Source: Mobula hypostoma (taxonomy: Eukaryota). From it: DNA of 64,000 nucleotides. The notes beneath the pieces were generated by a model. That model did no database searches. It was not told the origin of the DNA and was given only the letters and a program-made list of their open reading frames with translations. The stretch is taken from the NCBI RefSeq assembly GCF_963921235.1, contig NC_086097.1:162566001-162630000 (forward strand), in the 5' to 3' direction. A program made the translations under genes and the position numbers. Of the stretch, positions 61,827-64,000 are shown in pieces (position 1 is the stretch's first letter; each line of letters opens with the position of its first letter).

Positions 61827-63608
61827 TTTTGTTTGTGGAGGTGCCTCCATGTTCTGTCGGTCATAGCAAGCATGAAGGGTATTGATCTCATTTGGGAGCA
61901 AAGAGGTTTGCATGCAGAGGACCAAAGCAACCTCCCCCCGCCCTTGAATGTAGGGCTGGGAAGGCTACAGAATGGGAGTTTGTATAAATGTTGCATAAAA
62001 ATACTTGGTGGTTCTGAGGTGCAACCTGAAAAGACAAAATTCTAAATACCCTGAGCATATTGCTTCTGAGCTCTGGCCAGTATTGGAATGTAGCAAAGAC
62101 ATGTTCTAGCTTAAGAGCTATGGGGCAGCTTAAGTGCTCTCCTTTTTTTTAAATGGAGAATAATTTGTGGCAGATAAATGCCTGAATGTATTGCTCATGA
62201 TGTCAGCACTTCCCATGTGTCACTTTCTTAAACCCTCTTGTGCAATGACCCTTGGTATTTTAGAGGGAATCCCTCAACCAACCACTTCAACTTGAATCAG
62301 AATAGGTGAGGATTTTGGAGGGATGCATAAAGAGGGTGTTTATGTGGGATGTTCCTGCAAATATTAACACCGAAATCACTATGGATACAAGCTAACTGTT
62401 ATGAATTAAAGCTCTAGCAGTTTGCATTGTCTTTGTGTTGATGTAACTTTGTTCTGTTTTAGCTTTGATTTGGTTCCAAAACTCATTTCCTGACTGTGAC
62501 TAAGCCTACCTCTTTTCATTCTGTTACTGCTTCTCTCTACGGTAATTGAAAATGTACTTCATAACTTCGTCAGTCTGCAAGACAGTTGATTCTCAAACCG
62601 CCTTCTCTGGCAATGTTTCAGAATCCTGATCTTGCTTTTGAGATTCCTGCATGCCTTTCTTGACCTTGGGAACATCTTCGAGTCCTGCGTGCCGACGAAT
62701 CCTTTTCATTGACTGCATTGCACTCGAGCTTTGATTACCCAGCAGTCCTCTTCAATTTGTACATTGGTAGTTTTGCTTGTCCTTTCTGACCATTTTCAAA
62801 AGCTTCCTCAAACTTCGTTAAACTTTAACTGGCTACAACGCGCCCCCCCCCCCCAGCCCATTACTTGCTGCTCCTCGGGTATAATCATCATCCTCATGAT
62901 CTTTCACTATATTAGAAATGCTATGTGGAGGTAAAATGTTATTAAATACCACAGTAAGGGTACTTTGCAGATTAGATATTGCAATTTGATTTTGGCAGAA
63001 GCGAATGGAAAACTTAGTTATCATGCAAATGAGCCAGTTTAATAAACTGGATGTGAGCCACGTGACCTTTGTTAGTGATCTTGGTTTATTGTGCTCTGGC
63101 GGGCAATGAAAGAAAATGCCATGCAAAACCAAACTTAATTGAAAGGCCTGCTTCAGCAAGAAGGGATAGCAAATATTACCATGGCAATGGATTAAAAGGG
63201 CAATATATCAAAGTAAAGGTGTTTGTAAAACTATTTTCTCAGTTAATAAATAAAATTTCTGCAACATTGCAACACAGGATTGCAGATGCTGGAAATGGAG
63301 CAAAAAATAAACTGAAAAGTCTCTGAGTTGAACAGCATCTGTAGAAGCAAAGGGTATATGATGTTTTGGATCAAGATCGTACATCTGTTTAGGTGTACCA
63401 AATCAATGTGGAGATGATTAAGACTTGGCAAACGTTTCATGCCACAGCAGAGAAGTTTTCTATGTGCATGAAAACAGGCAGGGGTAGGAAAGCTTTGGAG
63501 CGTATTTTTCAACATTCTGAGAGATTTTATTTCACCATTGACAGGTTGGCTTGCTAGCAATATGACAGGTACTACAGATTCCGTGAAGTCATCTGGCACA
63601 GTGATATA

Positions 63609-64000
63609 CAGTTGGTCCTCCTTATCCGCGAGTTCCGCATGCGCGAATTCAACCAACCGCGAATTGAGAAAACCCAGAAGTGCTCTTCCAGCACGTTGTT
63701 CTAGCATGTACAGACTTCTTTCTTGTCATTATTCACTGAACAATGCAGTATTACAACTATTTTACATAGCATTTACATTGTATTAGGTATTATAAGTAAT
63801 CTAGAGATGATTTAATGTATACGGGAGGATGTGCATAGGTTGTCGTGGATCGGGATAGAAAAAAAACGGAAGTTCTCTTACTAAGTAAGTTGGAACAGGT
63901 ACATCCAGTATTATTTAGCGTCAGTTAGTCAAACGTTTGTCTTAGTACATAGTATATATTTTACCTTTCTATGCATATAAAACATTTAGGAAACGTATGT
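63609..64000. mobile_element. MER2-like Tigger MITE, second copy (cut by the window edge)
   Basis: TA-CAGTTGGTCCTCCTTATCCGCG start, near-identical to 54729-55120. Confidence 0.9.

Noticed and set aside
62590..62755. Minus-strand frame RGLLGNQSSSAMQSMKRIRRHAGLEDVPKVKKG... as a host exon
   Set aside because: About 53 codons between stops, no recognisable family and no convincing splice sites.

Overview
This is vertebrate nuclear DNA, most likely from a cartilaginous fish (ray or shark). That assignment is an inference from the mix of CR1 LINEs, V-type SINEs and Penelope-like elements. I found no host protein-coding exon, so the window looks intronic or intergenic, and most ORFs in the supplied track are transposon remnants or chance frames. 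Retroelements: (1) the 5' end of a Gypsy (Gmr1-like) LTR retrotransposon with an 886-bp LTR, a tRNA-Pro PBS and an open SCAN-domain gag running off the left edge; (2) a solo LTR with a 4-bp target-site duplication (TSD); (3) many CR1 LINEs, one with an esterase ORF1 plus ORF2; (4) Rex1/Babar-like LINE fragments; (5) a 3.4-kb Neptune-type Penelope-like element (PLE) with RT, GIY-YIG endonuclease, an inverted 5' repeat and a 13-bp TSD; (6) V-type, Deu-type and RTE-type SINEs. DNA transposons: Tigger/pogo, mariner, Tc1 and hAT derivatives. The most striking pattern is a series of TSD-flanked fold-back (hairpin) insertions, 165 bp to 3.4 kb long, built from the PLE terminal repeat. They carry minimal, dimer-type hammerhead ribozyme motifs, and in the short ones the inversion point sits in the ribozyme core. 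Two DNA-transposon derivatives closely resemble the mammalian MER2 and MER1/Charlie3 families as I recall them, which makes them horizontal-transfer candidates.
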